Of a DNA stretch of 64,000 nucleotides, positions 27,027-37,578 are shown in pieces. The translations under genes and the position numbers were made by a program. Within the stretch, counting starts at the first letter, position 1; each line of letters begins with the position of its first letter. This stretch comes from Candidatus Gottesmanbacteria bacterium RIFCSPLOWO2_01_FULL_43_11b (GTDB taxonomy: Bacteria; Patescibacteriota; Microgenomatia; UBA10105; UBA927), in assembly GCA_001780985.1 (NCBI GenBank), contig MFJV01000001.1:428049-492048 (forward strand), in the 5' to 3' direction. The notes below the pieces were generated by a model that was given only the letters and a program-made list of their open reading frames with translations, was not told where the DNA came from and searched no databases.

Positions 27027-27809
27027 TCAGGGATTTGCGGCTGATGGGGTAGAATTTGAGGTCTGTAACTCTATAGTTTCAAGAATCTGATCAAAAAGGA
27101 GATCGTCGTCTGCAAAATCCGAAGTTATCCCGGCCGGAGCGAAATGGTTGAATTCGACGGTCTGCGTATCGCCTGCTCCTACCATAAATCCGCGCATTTG
27201 CGTGAATGTGTAGCCTCCGGTTGTTGATCCGCGAAAATTACCGCTATATTCAATTGCAGGGCTTCCTGAAACCGTTGCTTCGTGGCTTGTAAACGGCCGA
27301 CCAGCGCTGTCTGTGATAATTGCGGTTTGCATATACGAAAGACTTGTTTGCCGGACTGATGTCGTAAACCGCGTGCCTCCAGGAAGATACGTGCCCATAG
27401 ACGCACAGCTGGCTCCGTCACAGACAGGCGCAAGCACCTCGGGCGGGAGTTTATAAGAAAGACCACCGATCGTGTATAAAGTCCACAGTGCTGTCGGATC
27501 TTTTGGAGTTGGCGTCGGAATTTCAATAACTTCCTGCTCTGTCACTGGTTCCTGTTCAATTCCCGTGGGTAAAAACTGACGAAGAATGGTGCTTAGCCAC
27601 ATTCCAAGAACAAAAAGGGTTGCGAAAAAAATTAAATTACCGATAAAACCGAAAAATTTCTTAAAAAAAGACGGTTTTTTGGGAGGAGGCGGTGCTTGTG
27701 GTGTCGGTGGTGCCGGTGTTACTGGAGGTGTTTTGGGAGCCTCAGCAATCGGCTCAATCAAAGGCGTTTCTTCATACTCTAAAGATTTTTGGGCAGATGG
27801 GTCATCCAT
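27027..27809 (-). CDS. Proline-rich membrane-anchored protein
   Basis: PPVTPAPPTPQAPPPPKKP, then TM, then a Ser/Thr/Gly-rich extracellular domain. Confidence 0.45.
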   Translation of the reverse strand: MDDPSAQKSLEYEETPLIEPIAEAPKTPPVTPAPPTPQAPPPPKKPSFFKKFFGFIGNLIFFATLFVLGMWLSTILRQFLPTGIEQEPVTEQEVIEIPTPTPKDPTALWTLYTIGGLSYKLPPEVLAPVCDGASCASMGTYLPGGTRFTTSVRQTSLSYMQTAIITDSAGRPFTSHEATVSGSPAIEYSGNFRGSTTGGYTFTQMRGFMVGAGDTQTVEFNHFAPAGITSDFADDDLLFDQILETIELQTSNSTPSAANP

Positions 27810-27899
27810 AACACTAGTATTGTTTCATGGAAAATAAAGTATTGTCAAACCACAAAACTAGACAGAATACCGAACTCATGTGTAGAATCCAAAGGCAAT

Positions 27900-29087
27900 A
27901 TGATGAAATCTCCCAATAAAGAATCTATAAGCTTTGTTCAGTTTAGTGACAAGCTTCTTACTCCTGATTCCATAATGAGAGATTACTATCGAAAAACCTA
28001 CTCAAAAATGGATGGATACTACTTTCCCGAACACTACATGGAGATCCCGTTCTGGATTCCTACTATTGCAGGAGTACTTCCGTCAGATAGATATGAAAAA
28101 TCTCTTCACATCATAGAAGATCTGGATGCTTCAGTGAGTTTATTAACTCAAACACCACAGTCAGAACGAATTCTCTTTTCTGTGATGGATGCAAATGTGC
28201 AACAGGTTCACCATCTCGCCCAAAGTGTCGATCGCAACATGATATTAGGAGGGTATACAGATCCAGCTGACTTTTCAGGTTACCGTCATGTGCGATATTT
28301 GAATGGTCTGGGTAAATTGACAGAGGTTCTTGAAGTACAACTTGATTCTCCTCCCGACTATACTTTATTCAGAGGAGAAAAATGTATTCCGAGGCTCATG
28401 CTCAGCGACGGATGTTTATTTGTGTGTTCTTTTTGTACCGTCCCAACGACATTAACTATTGCAAGTCCCGGGAAAATAAAAGAACAGGTAGAGGCACTCA
28501 AGCCGCTTGATTTTAAGCTTATTTTTATCAATGATAAATCCTTTGGGCAAGCTAAAAATTGGCATGCTATCAGAGAAGTCTCCGAACAAGTACAGCAATA
28601 CAATCAAGATTTTTTAGGATTTATTGTTCAAACACCTCCAAGTTTGGCTTTAAAAGACGGCTTGATGGAAGAAGCTGTTGGTTTGGGAGTAAAATATATG
28701 GAATTCGGTGTAGAAACGGTGAACGATCAGCATCTTGCGTTATTGAATAAGCCATATAGAGTAAAACATTTAGAGGAAGTATGCGAACGGGCAAGAAGAT
28801 TGGGATTAAAAATAATCCCTAATTTTATCCTTGGCATACCGGGAGATGATTATAAAGCGACCATCGAATGGGTGATCCGGAATAGAGATATAATTCCGGT
28901 AGTAAATATTAATTTTCTGGCAATTCATTACGGTAATGAGCGCGGTAAACTTCCATGGGAAGCGCAGACAGTGGGAGATCGAGACCAAAATGTCGCGGAA
29001 AAATCCTGGCTTTCCCAGGATGACCTTGCGCGCATGAAAGAGGCCATGGAAACAATTTATGAAATCACTGTAGGGAGCAATTCATGA
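27900..29087 (+). CDS. Radical SAM domain protein
   Basis: CLFVCSFC (CxxxCxxC) after a ~200-aa N-terminal domain. Start taken at MMKSPNKE; the track extension overlaps the minus-strand gene. Confidence 0.7.
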   Translation: MMKSPNKESISFVQFSDKLLTPDSIMRDYYRKTYSKMDGYYFPEHYMEIPFWIPTIAGVLPSDRYEKSLHIIEDLDASVSLLTQTPQSERILFSVMDANVQQVHHLAQSVDRNMILGGYTDPADFSGYRHVRYLNGLGKLTEVLEVQLDSPPDYTLFRGEKCIPRLMLSDGCLFVCSFCTVPTTLTIASPGKIKEQVEALKPLDFKLIFINDKSFGQAKNWHAIREVSEQVQQYNQDFLGFIVQTPPSLALKDGLMEEAVGLGVKYMEFGVETVNDQHLALLNKPYRVKHLEEVCERARRLGLKIIPNFILGIPGDDYKATIEWVIRNRDIIPVVNINFLAIHYGNERGKLPWEAQTVGDRDQNVAEKSWLSQDDLARMKEAMETIYEITVGSNS

Positions 29088-29749
29088 ATATATTTGATTT
29101 CGGATTCGTTATACCTCTGCTTGCAGAAGCAAAACCCCTGTTACAACAGATAACACATCGCAAGCGGCACAAGAGTGCCTCATGGGAGATGTATACTGGA
29201 ATTCTTTTTGACAAAAAAATAAGTCTCATTATTTCCGGATCCGGAAAAATTAAATCCGCCGCAGCAACACAATTTCTTATTGATGCATTTCCTGCAAAAC
29301 AATATATCCATTATGGGACTGCAGGAGCTATCTCTAGTAAACTCAATATAGGTGACATTGTCGTCGCAACACGAGTCATAGAGCACGATGTCATAGAATT
29401 ATTTCCTCACAAGATCCCTCCACCGCACCATAAAATTACACCTCCAAATTTAAAAAATATTATGCTAAATAATGACTTTTCTCTCGTCTGGGGAACAATA
29501 TTATCAGGCAATGAAGACGTTATAAGCACAAAAAGAAAACATCAATTGCATCGGTTGCATAAAGGGCTTTCTGTTGACTGGGAATCTGCAGGATTCGCCT
29601 TAACGTGTGAGCTAAATGGTGTAGTGGGGTATATTTTTCGAGGTATTAGCGATAATGCCTATGAACATACTGCCTCTGAATATGGAAAAAACCAGAATCT
29701 AGTAGTTACTAATATTATGCACCTACTGAAGGGCTTTTTTACTGTCTAA
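29084..29749 (+). CDS. MTA/SAH nucleosidase family protein (PNP/UDP phosphorylase fold; Pfs/MqnB-like)
   Basis: IISGSGKIKSAAATQFLIDAF, GTAGAISSKLNIGDIVVATRVIEHD, VDWESAGFA. ATGA overlap with the radical SAM gene. Confidence 0.7.
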   Translation: MNIFDFGFVIPLLAEAKPLLQQITHRKRHKSASWEMYTGILFDKKISLIISGSGKIKSAAATQFLIDAFPAKQYIHYGTAGAISSKLNIGDIVVATRVIEHDVIELFPHKIPPPHHKITPPNLKNIMLNNDFSLVWGTILSGNEDVISTKRKHQLHRLHKGLSVDWESAGFALTCELNGVVGYIFRGISDNAYEHTASEYGKNQNLVVTNIMHLLKGFFTV

Positions 29750-29853
29750 ACTCTTCTACCCTTTTATAGGCGATTGATAATGTCGCTGTTGCTTTTTCAC
29801 CCACAAGCTTAGTTAAACCGGTAGTTTCATCTCTTGCAATTACAGGATAAAAA

Positions 29854-31026
29854 CTACTTCCCCACAAAAAGAATGACGTTGGGAAGATTCCTGCCTGGGC
29901 CGACTTTGTAGCCCCCGGACCAAAGTGCTGTCGATCCCCCATCATCAAGATTCAAAGCATTTTCCATTCCGAGAGCTTGGAGGACGCGGGCAGATTCTGC
30001 AACAGTTGCGCTATGCACCACGCCGATATACGCTGTTGCTCCGCGGTTTGCAACAAAACTCCTATTTCCTTTACTCCCTTTTTTGGGGTCATCGTCACCA
30101 CCAAAGACAACATTTCCTCCTGAAACGAGAAGTGGTTGATTGGCAATTACTCCGTCAGGACTTGTATCTCTCCCCCAATCAAGTGATTTTCCTACAAACC
30201 GCATTGAGCCGGAAAGGAAGATAACCGCAGGCACCGTGCTATAGACGTTATTATCTGAATTAAAATAGACTTTGTTTTTATTCATAAGAAGTGTATCAAA
30301 GGAATTTTTCCGATCAGCACAACTTGGATAATCTGCTGGACAAAAGTAGGAACCGTTAACTCCTGCAAACGCACCGTTTCGAGAAACATAATCAGCAAGT
30401 GAAAGTACAGGACAATCGTTTGTACACGTATTATCTGATGCTGTATCGACAATAACCCGCGTGCTACCCATATCAGCAGCAACCATGCTCACCAAATATG
30501 TTCCAATATCCAAACTTACGCTCTGCCTGCTATAGCCAGATCCGGGAGGAGTATTGCTTTGAGGAACATTAACCGGAATTGTGAAGCTCGAAGCGACTTT
30601 TGTTAACTCATCGGTAATCGATTGCCTGAGTGAACTAAGATCGGCCGATGCTGAGGCATAATTCCGTTTGGACAAAAATGACAGAATCGTGGCAAAAAGG
30701 CTATCTTGTTTACCCGTATCTTTTGTTTGCTCCCGCAGTTTTACCAGTTCTTCGTATGCAGTAGCTGCGTTTGAAAATGTCGACTGTATATTTTTTATTT
30801 CTTCTTCAAGCGTATTATTTCGCACTATCTGATCTTCGCTTTGAAGCTTCGTCAGTTGCCTTACTGCTTCAGATTTTTCAATTTCCACCCGATTGATTTC
30901 TCCCCGAAGAAATACAATTGCAATTGTTGCAAGAATCGCTATAACCGTCGTACCGATAAGTTCAATAACCAGATGTTTGCGGGGAGGAATAAAATTAGCA
31001 AGTTGCGGCGGCAGCGAAAATTTCAT
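29854..31026 (-). CDS. Phosphodiester glycosidase family protein (NAGPA-like), membrane-anchored
   Basis: N-terminal TM, coiled coil, C-terminal ALNLDDGGSTALW motif. Confidence 0.55.
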   Translation of the reverse strand: MKFSLPPQLANFIPPRKHLVIELIGTTVIAILATIAIVFLRGEINRVEIEKSEAVRQLTKLQSEDQIVRNNTLEEEIKNIQSTFSNAATAYEELVKLREQTKDTGKQDSLFATILSFLSKRNYASASADLSSLRQSITDELTKVASSFTIPVNVPQSNTPPGSGYSRQSVSLDIGTYLVSMVAADMGSTRVIVDTASDNTCTNDCPVLSLADYVSRNGAFAGVNGSYFCPADYPSCADRKNSFDTLLMNKNKVYFNSDNNVYSTVPAVIFLSGSMRFVGKSLDWGRDTSPDGVIANQPLLVSGGNVVFGGDDDPKKGSKGNRSFVANRGATAYIGVVHSATVAESARVLQALGMENALNLDDGGSTALWSGGYKVGPGRNLPNVILFVGK

Positions 31027-31589
31027 GCTCTTTCCAAATACTCTCCTGTTTCGGGGTCAATTGCAACTGTGTCGCCGGATTTGATAAAGAGAGGAACAGA
31101 AATCTTAAGACCTGTTTCAACCGTAACAAGTTTCGTCCCTCCACCTGAAACAGTATTGCCTCGTGCGCCTTCTTCTGCCTCGGTTACTTTGAGGTACACT
31201 TTTTTGGGAAATCGAATGCCGATCGCATCATCACCGTGAATAAGGACTTGGTATACGTCGTTTGGTTTGAGGAATGAGATAAAATCGCCGAGCATGGGCT
31301 TGGGGATTTGATACTGCTCATAACTTCGATTATCCATAAAAACATATGATTCCCCCTCTTTGTAGAGGTATTGCATCTCATGTGTCTCAACCATCACTTC
31401 TACAGCCGATTCTCCTGATTTAAACGTAAAATCCTGTACTCGTCCGCTTTTGACACTTTTAAGTTTCGTACGGATAAACGCTCCGCCTTTGCCGGGATTG
31501 ACAAACTGCATGTCCACAATTTGGTGCGGTTCATCTTTAAACTCAATAAAAATACCTTTTCTGAACTGTGCGGTGGTAATAGTGGCCAT
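31023..31589 (-). CDS. efp: Elongation factor P
   Basis: MATITTAQFRKGIFIEFKDEPHQIVDMQFVNPGKGGAFIRTKLK. Confidence 0.9.
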   Translation of the reverse strand: MATITTAQFRKGIFIEFKDEPHQIVDMQFVNPGKGGAFIRTKLKSVKSGRVQDFTFKSGESAVEVMVETHEMQYLYKEGESYVFMDNRSYEQYQIPKPMLGDFISFLKPNDVYQVLIHGDDAIGIRFPKKVYLKVTEAEEGARGNTVSGGGTKLVTVETGLKISVPLFIKSGDTVAIDPETGEYLERA

Positions 31590-31630
31590 AAATGAGGCAT
31601 TATTATCTCATGAATGGGCCAACCGTTCAA

Positions 31631-32695
31631 TTATTTCTCAAACAGATCAGCGGCTGGAAAAAAGAGCGTGTCGGCGATGTTACTAACATCGGCAAACAGC
31701 ATGATCAAGCGATCGACGCCGACCGCAATCCCACCAGTTTCAGGCATACCAACTTTTAACGCATCGATAAAGTCCGTATCGATCGGGTGAGAAATTTTCC
31801 CAAGCTGTATTCGCTCCCGCTCTTCGCTTTCAAACCGTTCTTTTTGCTCTTTCCAGTCAGTCAGTTCACTATATGCATCACCTAACTCCAGCCCTTCGAT
31901 GTAAAATTCAAATCGTTCTGCAAGCCGGGGATCACTCTTTTTCTTTTTTGATAAAGCTGCAAGTATTACGGGGTAATCATAGACAATCGTGGGCTTCCCC
32001 CGACCCAAATGAGGCTCAACTTCATTTAAGAAAATCTGTAAAAACACTTCTTCCCAGTTATCGTTTTTTCCAATGGCATATCCTTTTTCCTTCGCAATCG
32101 GAAGCAGCTTTTCTTCGGTTAACGCAAACTCCAAATTTAGCTTCGCGTATTTCTTAAACGCTTGTGTAATCGTCATCCGTTCCCATGGGGAAGAAAGACT
32201 CACTTTCTTCCCCTGATACATTAGTGTTTTTGTATCAATAACTCCTTTTGCTGCCTTGGAACGAAGTAAGTACGTGTTAATAAACAAAAGGAGTTCTTCG
32301 CAGTCTTTCATAATGTCTGTATAGGTTGCTCCAACCCTGTACCACTCAAGAATCGTAAATTCAGGATTATGTGTTTTACTCTGACTCTCTGTATTTCTGA
32401 AGCTTTTGGTTATTGAAAAGCAGTTGCCGATACCTGCAACGAGGAGTTTTTTTAAGAAAGGTTCCGGAGAAGTCGGAAGAAACGCACGTGTAGGTTTTCT
32501 ATGGCGGTCTAAAAGTGTGGTTTCAAAAACGTCAACGTAAGATTCCGGCGGCAGGCTTCCTGTTAAAAGCGGTGTTTCCACTTCATGGAACCCTTGGTTT
32601 CCAAAAAACGTGCGGATTGCGGTAATGACTTTTTCGCGGATAAAATAACGATCCCAGAGATCTGGATTCTTGCGAAGCTTCTGCCAGGTCTTCAC
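31631..32695 (-). CDS. epmA: EF-P lysyltransferase EpmA (class II LysRS paralogue)
   Basis: Class II aaRS core (FHEVETPLL). Adjacent to efp. Confidence 0.75.
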   Translation of the reverse strand: MKTWQKLRKNPDLWDRYFIREKVITAIRTFFGNQGFHEVETPLLTGSLPPESYVDVFETTLLDRHRKPTRAFLPTSPEPFLKKLLVAGIGNCFSITKSFRNTESQSKTHNPEFTILEWYRVGATYTDIMKDCEELLLFINTYLLRSKAAKGVIDTKTLMYQGKKVSLSSPWERMTITQAFKKYAKLNLEFALTEEKLLPIAKEKGYAIGKNDNWEEVFLQIFLNEVEPHLGRGKPTIVYDYPVILAALSKKKKSDPRLAERFEFYIEGLELGDAYSELTDWKEQKERFESEERERIQLGKISHPIDTDFIDALKVGMPETGGIAVGVDRLIMLFADVSNIADTLFFPAADLFEK

Positions 32696-32701
32696 GATGA
32701 G

Positions 32702-33283
32702 TTAGAGGAATTTAAACACTTTTGCTTTCTCTTTTATTTCCAAAAACCACGGTTGGAGCTTTTCACTTATCTTCTGACTCATGATTGTGTTTCTCGCTTC
32801 TTCACGGAGCTTTGCCGGTTCTGTTGCAGTGAGCGTCGCGCTATTTGTTGCAATAAAATTATCAATATCTGCTTCTGTAATTTGAATATCGCGGCCTAAA
32901 AGTTTTTCAACGGTAAGTTGCAAGCGAATCTGGTTTTCAAAATCAGTCTTCGTCATTCCCTGGAATTGAAGGAGTTCTTCGAGCTTGACATCCTCACCAA
33001 GTCCTTTCACTACCTCATCAATTTTACTATCTACTTCAGTTTTTCCCACTTCCACACCCTCACTTCTTGCTGCGTCGGCAATAATACGCTCAGATATGAT
33101 CCCCTCGAGTGTCTGCTCTCCAAAGCGGGACATAAGGGTATTGTTGAGTTCCCAACGGAAAACCGGCTTTCCGTTAACTATAGCTGCAACCAACAATCCT
33201 TTATTGGTAAGAAAAAGTGCAATCAGGGCAACTAGGAGTACGATAAAAATCCATCGCGCGGTTATTTTTTTATTTTGGGGCAT
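32702..33283 (-). CDS. SurA N-terminal domain / PpiD-like periplasmic chaperone
   Basis: N-terminal TM followed by a SurA_N-like helical domain. Confidence 0.45.
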   Translation of the reverse strand: MPQNKKITARWIFIVLLVALIALFLTNKGLLVAAIVNGKPVFRWELNNTLMSRFGEQTLEGIISERIIADAARSEGVEVGKTEVDSKIDEVVKGLGEDVKLEELLQFQGMTKTDFENQIRLQLTVEKLLGRDIQITEADIDNFIATNSATLTATEPAKLREEARNTIMSQKISEKLQPWFLEIKEKAKVFKFL

Positions 33284-33310
33284 GAAGGCAGAATACCATG
33301 AGAGTAGTAT

Positions 33311-33988
33311 CTATGCAATAGCCCTTGAGGAAGGGCAGAGTTTATTGAGTATACACGCGCTGCATTTTGGATTTTGTGCTTTACAAATAGCCCTACCGTG
33401 GTCGATTAAGAGATACGTCGTTTTGAACCAGTCTGATTTTGGAATTGCCCCCATAAGTTCTCTCTCAATTTTCACCGGATCAGCGTCTTTCTTAAAATCG
33501 ATGAGCATATTTTTCCCACCGATTTTATCCAAATCCACAAGCCTAAGACGTTGAGAAACACGGGCAACGTGAGTATCAACAGCAATCCCTTCAACCACCT
33601 CAAACGCATTGCCGAGAATAACATTGGCAGTTTTTCTTGCAACTCCGGGAAGGGTCAACAGTTCTTCCATTGTCCCCGGAACTTTCCCGCCGTATTTATC
33701 TTTTACAAGGCGAGCCGTGGCAAGAATATTTTTCGCTTTATTGCGAAAGAAACCGGTAGACTTAATATCTTTTTCAAATTCACTTCTGTCTGCCTTCACG
33801 TAATCATCGAAAGTTTTATACTTCGCAAAGAGCTTCTCTGTGACCTTATTGACCAATACGTCTGTACACTGAGCTGACAAAACAACTGATACGAGAAGCT
33901 CCCACGGTGTTTTGTATTTGAGAATTATTTTAGCGTTAGGGTAGGTTTTTTTAAGAAGCTCAATTATCCCTCTTGTATTGGTTGTCAT
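33311..33988 (-). CDS. nth: Endonuclease III
   Basis: HhH-GPD (LPGVARKTANVIL) and 4Fe-4S cluster CKAQNPKCSACILNKLC. Confidence 0.9.
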   Translation of the reverse strand: MTTNTRGIIELLKKTYPNAKIILKYKTPWELLVSVVLSAQCTDVLVNKVTEKLFAKYKTFDDYVKADRSEFEKDIKSTGFFRNKAKNILATARLVKDKYGGKVPGTMEELLTLPGVARKTANVILGNAFEVVEGIAVDTHVARVSQRLRLVDLDKIGGKNMLIDFKKDADPVKIERELMGAIPKSDWFKTTYLLIDHGRAICKAQNPKCSACILNKLCPSSRAIA

Positions 33989-34024
33989 ATGTGTCTACAG
34001 TAACTATACTGCCACACTAATCGT

Positions 34025-34378
34025 ATGAGCAAGCTTAATTTTTTCCCGCATTTTAGCCGAATATTCTCCGCAGCCATCTTTTGGCTAGGCTTAATTCTCC
34101 TCATTTCCGTCAATCTAATCAATTCGCCGATAATCCCCACAAATGTCTTGGGAGCAGTTGCGGAACTTGAGGAGGAGAAAGAAAATACAGAGGTTAAGTA
34201 TGCTTTTTGGCAAAATGTCGTGAAGAATAAACCTGACTATCGCGATGCATACATTCAGCTCGCGGCTCTTTCCTATCAACTGTCAAAATTAGAAGAAGGG
34301 AAAAATTATCTTACCGAAGTAGAAACACTCGATCCAAATAATCCTTTTATTTCTTCTCTTCTTGAGGTTTTTCCGTAG
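34025..34378 (+). CDS. Hypothetical small membrane protein with TPR-like tail
   Basis: 117-aa ORF in an intergenic gap. Confidence 0.35.
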   Translation: MSKLNFFPHFSRIFSAAIFWLGLILLISVNLINSPIIPTNVLGAVAELEEEKENTEVKYAFWQNVVKNKPDYRDAYIQLAALSYQLSKLEEGKNYLTEVETLDPNNPFISSLLEVFP

Positions 34379-35093
34379 GTGGCTGCAATTCTTCTTTCTT
34401 TGCTTCTTCTGGTTTTGTTTCTGCACCTTCAGCCGGTGCTCCCTCAGCCGGAGCTGCCTCTGCTGCTGCTGCTGCAGCCGCCTCCTCGGCGGCTTTGGCT
34501 TCAGCTTCCGCTTCTTTCGTAACCAATGAGCCGACTTTAACAATACCAATAGCTGCATCTGTTAACACAGTCACCTCACCGGGAACCTTTAGGTCGCTCA
34601 CTTTGAATTCCTGGTCAACTGCAGATAGCCCCGAAACATCAACTGAGATTTTTTCAGGGAGATCTGTAGGAAGTGCTTCAACTTCAATTTCGTCAAGCAA
34701 GGTAAGGAGTACTCCCTGTTTTTGCGAAACTGCTGGTGATTCGCCGATAAATACGACGGGCACTTTCGCTTTAACCTTTTCTTTAAGATCTACTTGGAAA
34801 AATTCAACGTGGACAGGGGTATCTGAAACCGGATCGAGTTGCACGTTGTGGATAAGCACCTGCCTGCCGGCAGGCAGGCCGGTCGATTTCTTTTCAAAAA
34901 CGAGCTCCACGAGCCCGGTCTCCCCTGCTTCGTTATAAACCTTGAAAAATTCGTCTGCCACAACCTGCACTGAAGAGCTTTTTACTTTCTTCCCATAAAT
35001 AGTTGCAGGCAACAGTCCTTGTGTGCGTAGATTTTTTACTTTACGGCCAAGAGCGGTTCGCGGCTGAGCTTTAAGCGTATACTTTTTCATCAT
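34347..35093 (-). CDS. rplY: 50S ribosomal protein L25 (Ctc form) with Ala/Glu-rich C-terminal extension
   Basis: YTLKAQPRTALGRKVKNLRTQGLLPATIYGK; low-complexity EAEAEAKAAEEAAAAAAAEAAPAEG tail. Confidence 0.8.
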   Translation of the reverse strand: MMKKYTLKAQPRTALGRKVKNLRTQGLLPATIYGKKVKSSSVQVVADEFFKVYNEAGETGLVELVFEKKSTGLPAGRQVLIHNVQLDPVSDTPVHVEFFQVDLKEKVKAKVPVVFIGESPAVSQKQGVLLTLLDEIEVEALPTDLPEKISVDVSGLSAVDQEFKVSDLKVPGEVTVLTDAAIGIVKVGSLVTKEAEAEAKAAEEAAAAAAAEAAPAEGAPAEGAETKPEEAKKEELQPPTEKPQEEKK

Positions 35094-37489
35094 TTTATAA
35101 ACGTAAACCGCAGGAGTGAATCCTGCGTCACCGTGGTATTGTACTCGAGATGCCCTCCTTTTGCAAGAAATTCTTGCTCCCCTTTAATTTCCCAAAATGG
35201 CGGATATTCGAGAGTAACCACCATAGAAACGTCACTTATTCCCGGTTGCTTCTGAAAAAACATTTCGTAATCTGCTTTGCCGTCTTGGAACTGAAGGTTT
35301 AATCCGGGCTTATACGAAATAGCTAACTGTCCGGTGGATCCGGGCATAATATCAACCGCAACTCCAACCACACCTGATGCCTGATCAAACTCCACAGGTA
35401 CCCCGTTAAAAAGAACGTCTTCTATTTCACTCTTATCTGGGACCATGTTTCGGATGTAGAGTCGATATATGCCACCGCTGTCTTCTGGTTTACCGGAAGA
35501 TTTATTTTCAAAACTCACGGTCACTTTCTCTGAAACTACTCCATTTGAAGCAATGGAAACCCCTCGAGAAATCTGGCGCGTGACAAAGTAGTTAGCTTTG
35601 TTAACACCAAGATTTGCCTCAACCGTCATCAACGGATCGAACGTACACCCGCCTGAGACTCCCTCACATCCTAGCCTTGCAAATACTTCCCCCGACCACC
35701 CAAGCCCAGTAACTACACTCTCAAGTTCCGGATCTGGGAAGTATACTAAAAGATCCCGTCGAGTCAGTCCGTTCGTCATTGCCCGAAACACCCCGGCAGG
35801 ATTAATGTTACGTGAAACAGTGAGTTCATTAATGAGTGTACGGGTCAAACTTCCCAAAAAATCTTTTTTCTGAGTTGATCCGGGAAAGAAATCGGATTGG
35901 GTGTAAAAAAGCGTCTTCCCATAGAAATTCTGGGCTGTAATTCTGTCATTATAATCGACCAACGTCAGCGGTCCCAAAGCAGAAAGGAGGTCAACGATAA
36001 ATGGCGTACTTATTGCTACCACTCCATCAACGGTAACACCGGTTTCCTTTTCGTAAAACCATAAAGCTTGACTACCAGTGTTTCGAAAGTCCGGGTCCCA
36101 GTTGCTGTCACGGAGATACCAGTGAATTTCACCAAGGATATCTCGTATTGGGTCGGGCGGATCGATGTGCCCCTTGAGTTGTCCGTCGAGTTCATATACA
36201 TCGCGAACCTCAATATTTGTTATCCTCCCATCCTCGGTTGTCAGAAGAGCAACACTCCCAATGAAACCGCCGGTAGGACGAATCTCTAAGCTGTTTTGGA
36301 GAAGTACTAAAAAGTGTTGTTGCTGTCGGAATCCGGCAACCGATGGGTAAAGCAGGAGAAGAGCATCGAGTGAAGAAATGGTTTGGCGGTAGTGGGAAAG
36401 CTCACCCGCTCCTCTATTTCCGATTTTTTTAAGAGCTGAGGTTACAAACGGGAATGACGATTCAGAAAGAAGTGCGTTGAGTTGTGACTCTGCAAGGCCG
36501 AGTCCGCTATGAACTGAAAAGAGTTCTGTTCGTAATTTTTCTACTTCATGCGCTGGTGAACCTGCTTTATTTGTATCGGAAGCAAGAGAAAAAAGGGTCG
36601 TTGCTAAAAATCTTCCTCTGGTAAATACGTCATTTGCACCCCCAATGGTGAGGGCCATGCTGTCAATCAATGAAAGAAACCGCTCTTGCCCATAGACGAT
36701 ATCCTCATTTATTAATGAAACCGGGACTTTCACAATGTCGAGTATTCCGGCACTTTGACGGATCCAGAATCTGCTCATTGGTGTAAGTTGAGATATAAAA
36801 GTCACTTTGCCAGACCGAAGCCAAAGCCCGCTTACAACAACAGTAAGGGTTGCAAACGAAAGTGCTATCCAATACCACAAAAATGGAAGGAGAATAAGAA
36901 GTGGGATGACTATCTTCCAATGGATAGTACGTTTTACTTTTTTTCGAGAATGCTTACTGTTTCCGTCTTTGGTAAAGATTGATTGCACTATACGATTTAT
37001 TCTCTCCGTATCGCTTTCATCACCAATCTCCATAACGTGAGCCGCTTGCTCACTGGTTGAAGGTACGTACGCTTCTCGGTGATTTTTGGGATTTTTTCTC
37101 AAATCAAGTAGTTTTTTACGGGAAGTGAAGAAAAATCCAAGCATGTCGGATACTAATTCTCTTGTTAGTACGGGTTCATCCATAATGACTACTTTTGCCT
37201 TACGCTCAAATTTGTCGACATTTTCATCATCTCCGTCCGATAAGATTGCCAGGCGCTTTCCCACATCATCGCCGGATGAAGAAAGAATTTGTTGCACGAA
37301 GGATGAATGACCGCAGATGATATGGTACTGAGGGAGAATTTTAGAATGTTGATTGACGACAACGTGATACCCAAATGAGAGAAAAAAATCCCGCAACGGT
37401 TCTATGAAGCTTTTCTCCTGAGCGTCAATACGGACAATTTGCTCGTTCTCCGATTGATCGCCCTCAGTGTGTGATTTGGCAGGTGTCAT
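35090..37489 (-). CDS. Large membrane-anchored protein of unknown function
   Basis: 799 aa. Cytoplasmic N-domain, one TM (IVIPLLILLPFLWYWIALSFATLTVVV), large extracytoplasmic domain. Confidence 0.5.
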   Translation of the reverse strand: MTPAKSHTEGDQSENEQIVRIDAQEKSFIEPLRDFFLSFGYHVVVNQHSKILPQYHIICGHSSFVQQILSSSGDDVGKRLAILSDGDDENVDKFERKAKVVIMDEPVLTRELVSDMLGFFFTSRKKLLDLRKNPKNHREAYVPSTSEQAAHVMEIGDESDTERINRIVQSIFTKDGNSKHSRKKVKRTIHWKIVIPLLILLPFLWYWIALSFATLTVVVSGLWLRSGKVTFISQLTPMSRFWIRQSAGILDIVKVPVSLINEDIVYGQERFLSLIDSMALTIGGANDVFTRGRFLATTLFSLASDTNKAGSPAHEVEKLRTELFSVHSGLGLAESQLNALLSESSFPFVTSALKKIGNRGAGELSHYRQTISSLDALLLLYPSVAGFRQQQHFLVLLQNSLEIRPTGGFIGSVALLTTEDGRITNIEVRDVYELDGQLKGHIDPPDPIRDILGEIHWYLRDSNWDPDFRNTGSQALWFYEKETGVTVDGVVAISTPFIVDLLSALGPLTLVDYNDRITAQNFYGKTLFYTQSDFFPGSTQKKDFLGSLTRTLINELTVSRNINPAGVFRAMTNGLTRRDLLVYFPDPELESVVTGLGWSGEVFARLGCEGVSGGCTFDPLMTVEANLGVNKANYFVTRQISRGVSIASNGVVSEKVTVSFENKSSGKPEDSGGIYRLYIRNMVPDKSEIEDVLFNGVPVEFDQASGVVGVAVDIMPGSTGQLAISYKPGLNLQFQDGKADYEMFFQKQPGISDVSMVVTLEYPPFWEIKGEQEFLAKGGHLEYNTTVTQDSLLRFTFIK

Positions 37490-37578
37490 AGATGTTCGTA
37501 AAATTTATGCCCGTATTATGACAAAGAGACCGACCGAAAACAACAGAAATTTTCATAGTGCACTCTTACGATACTTTC

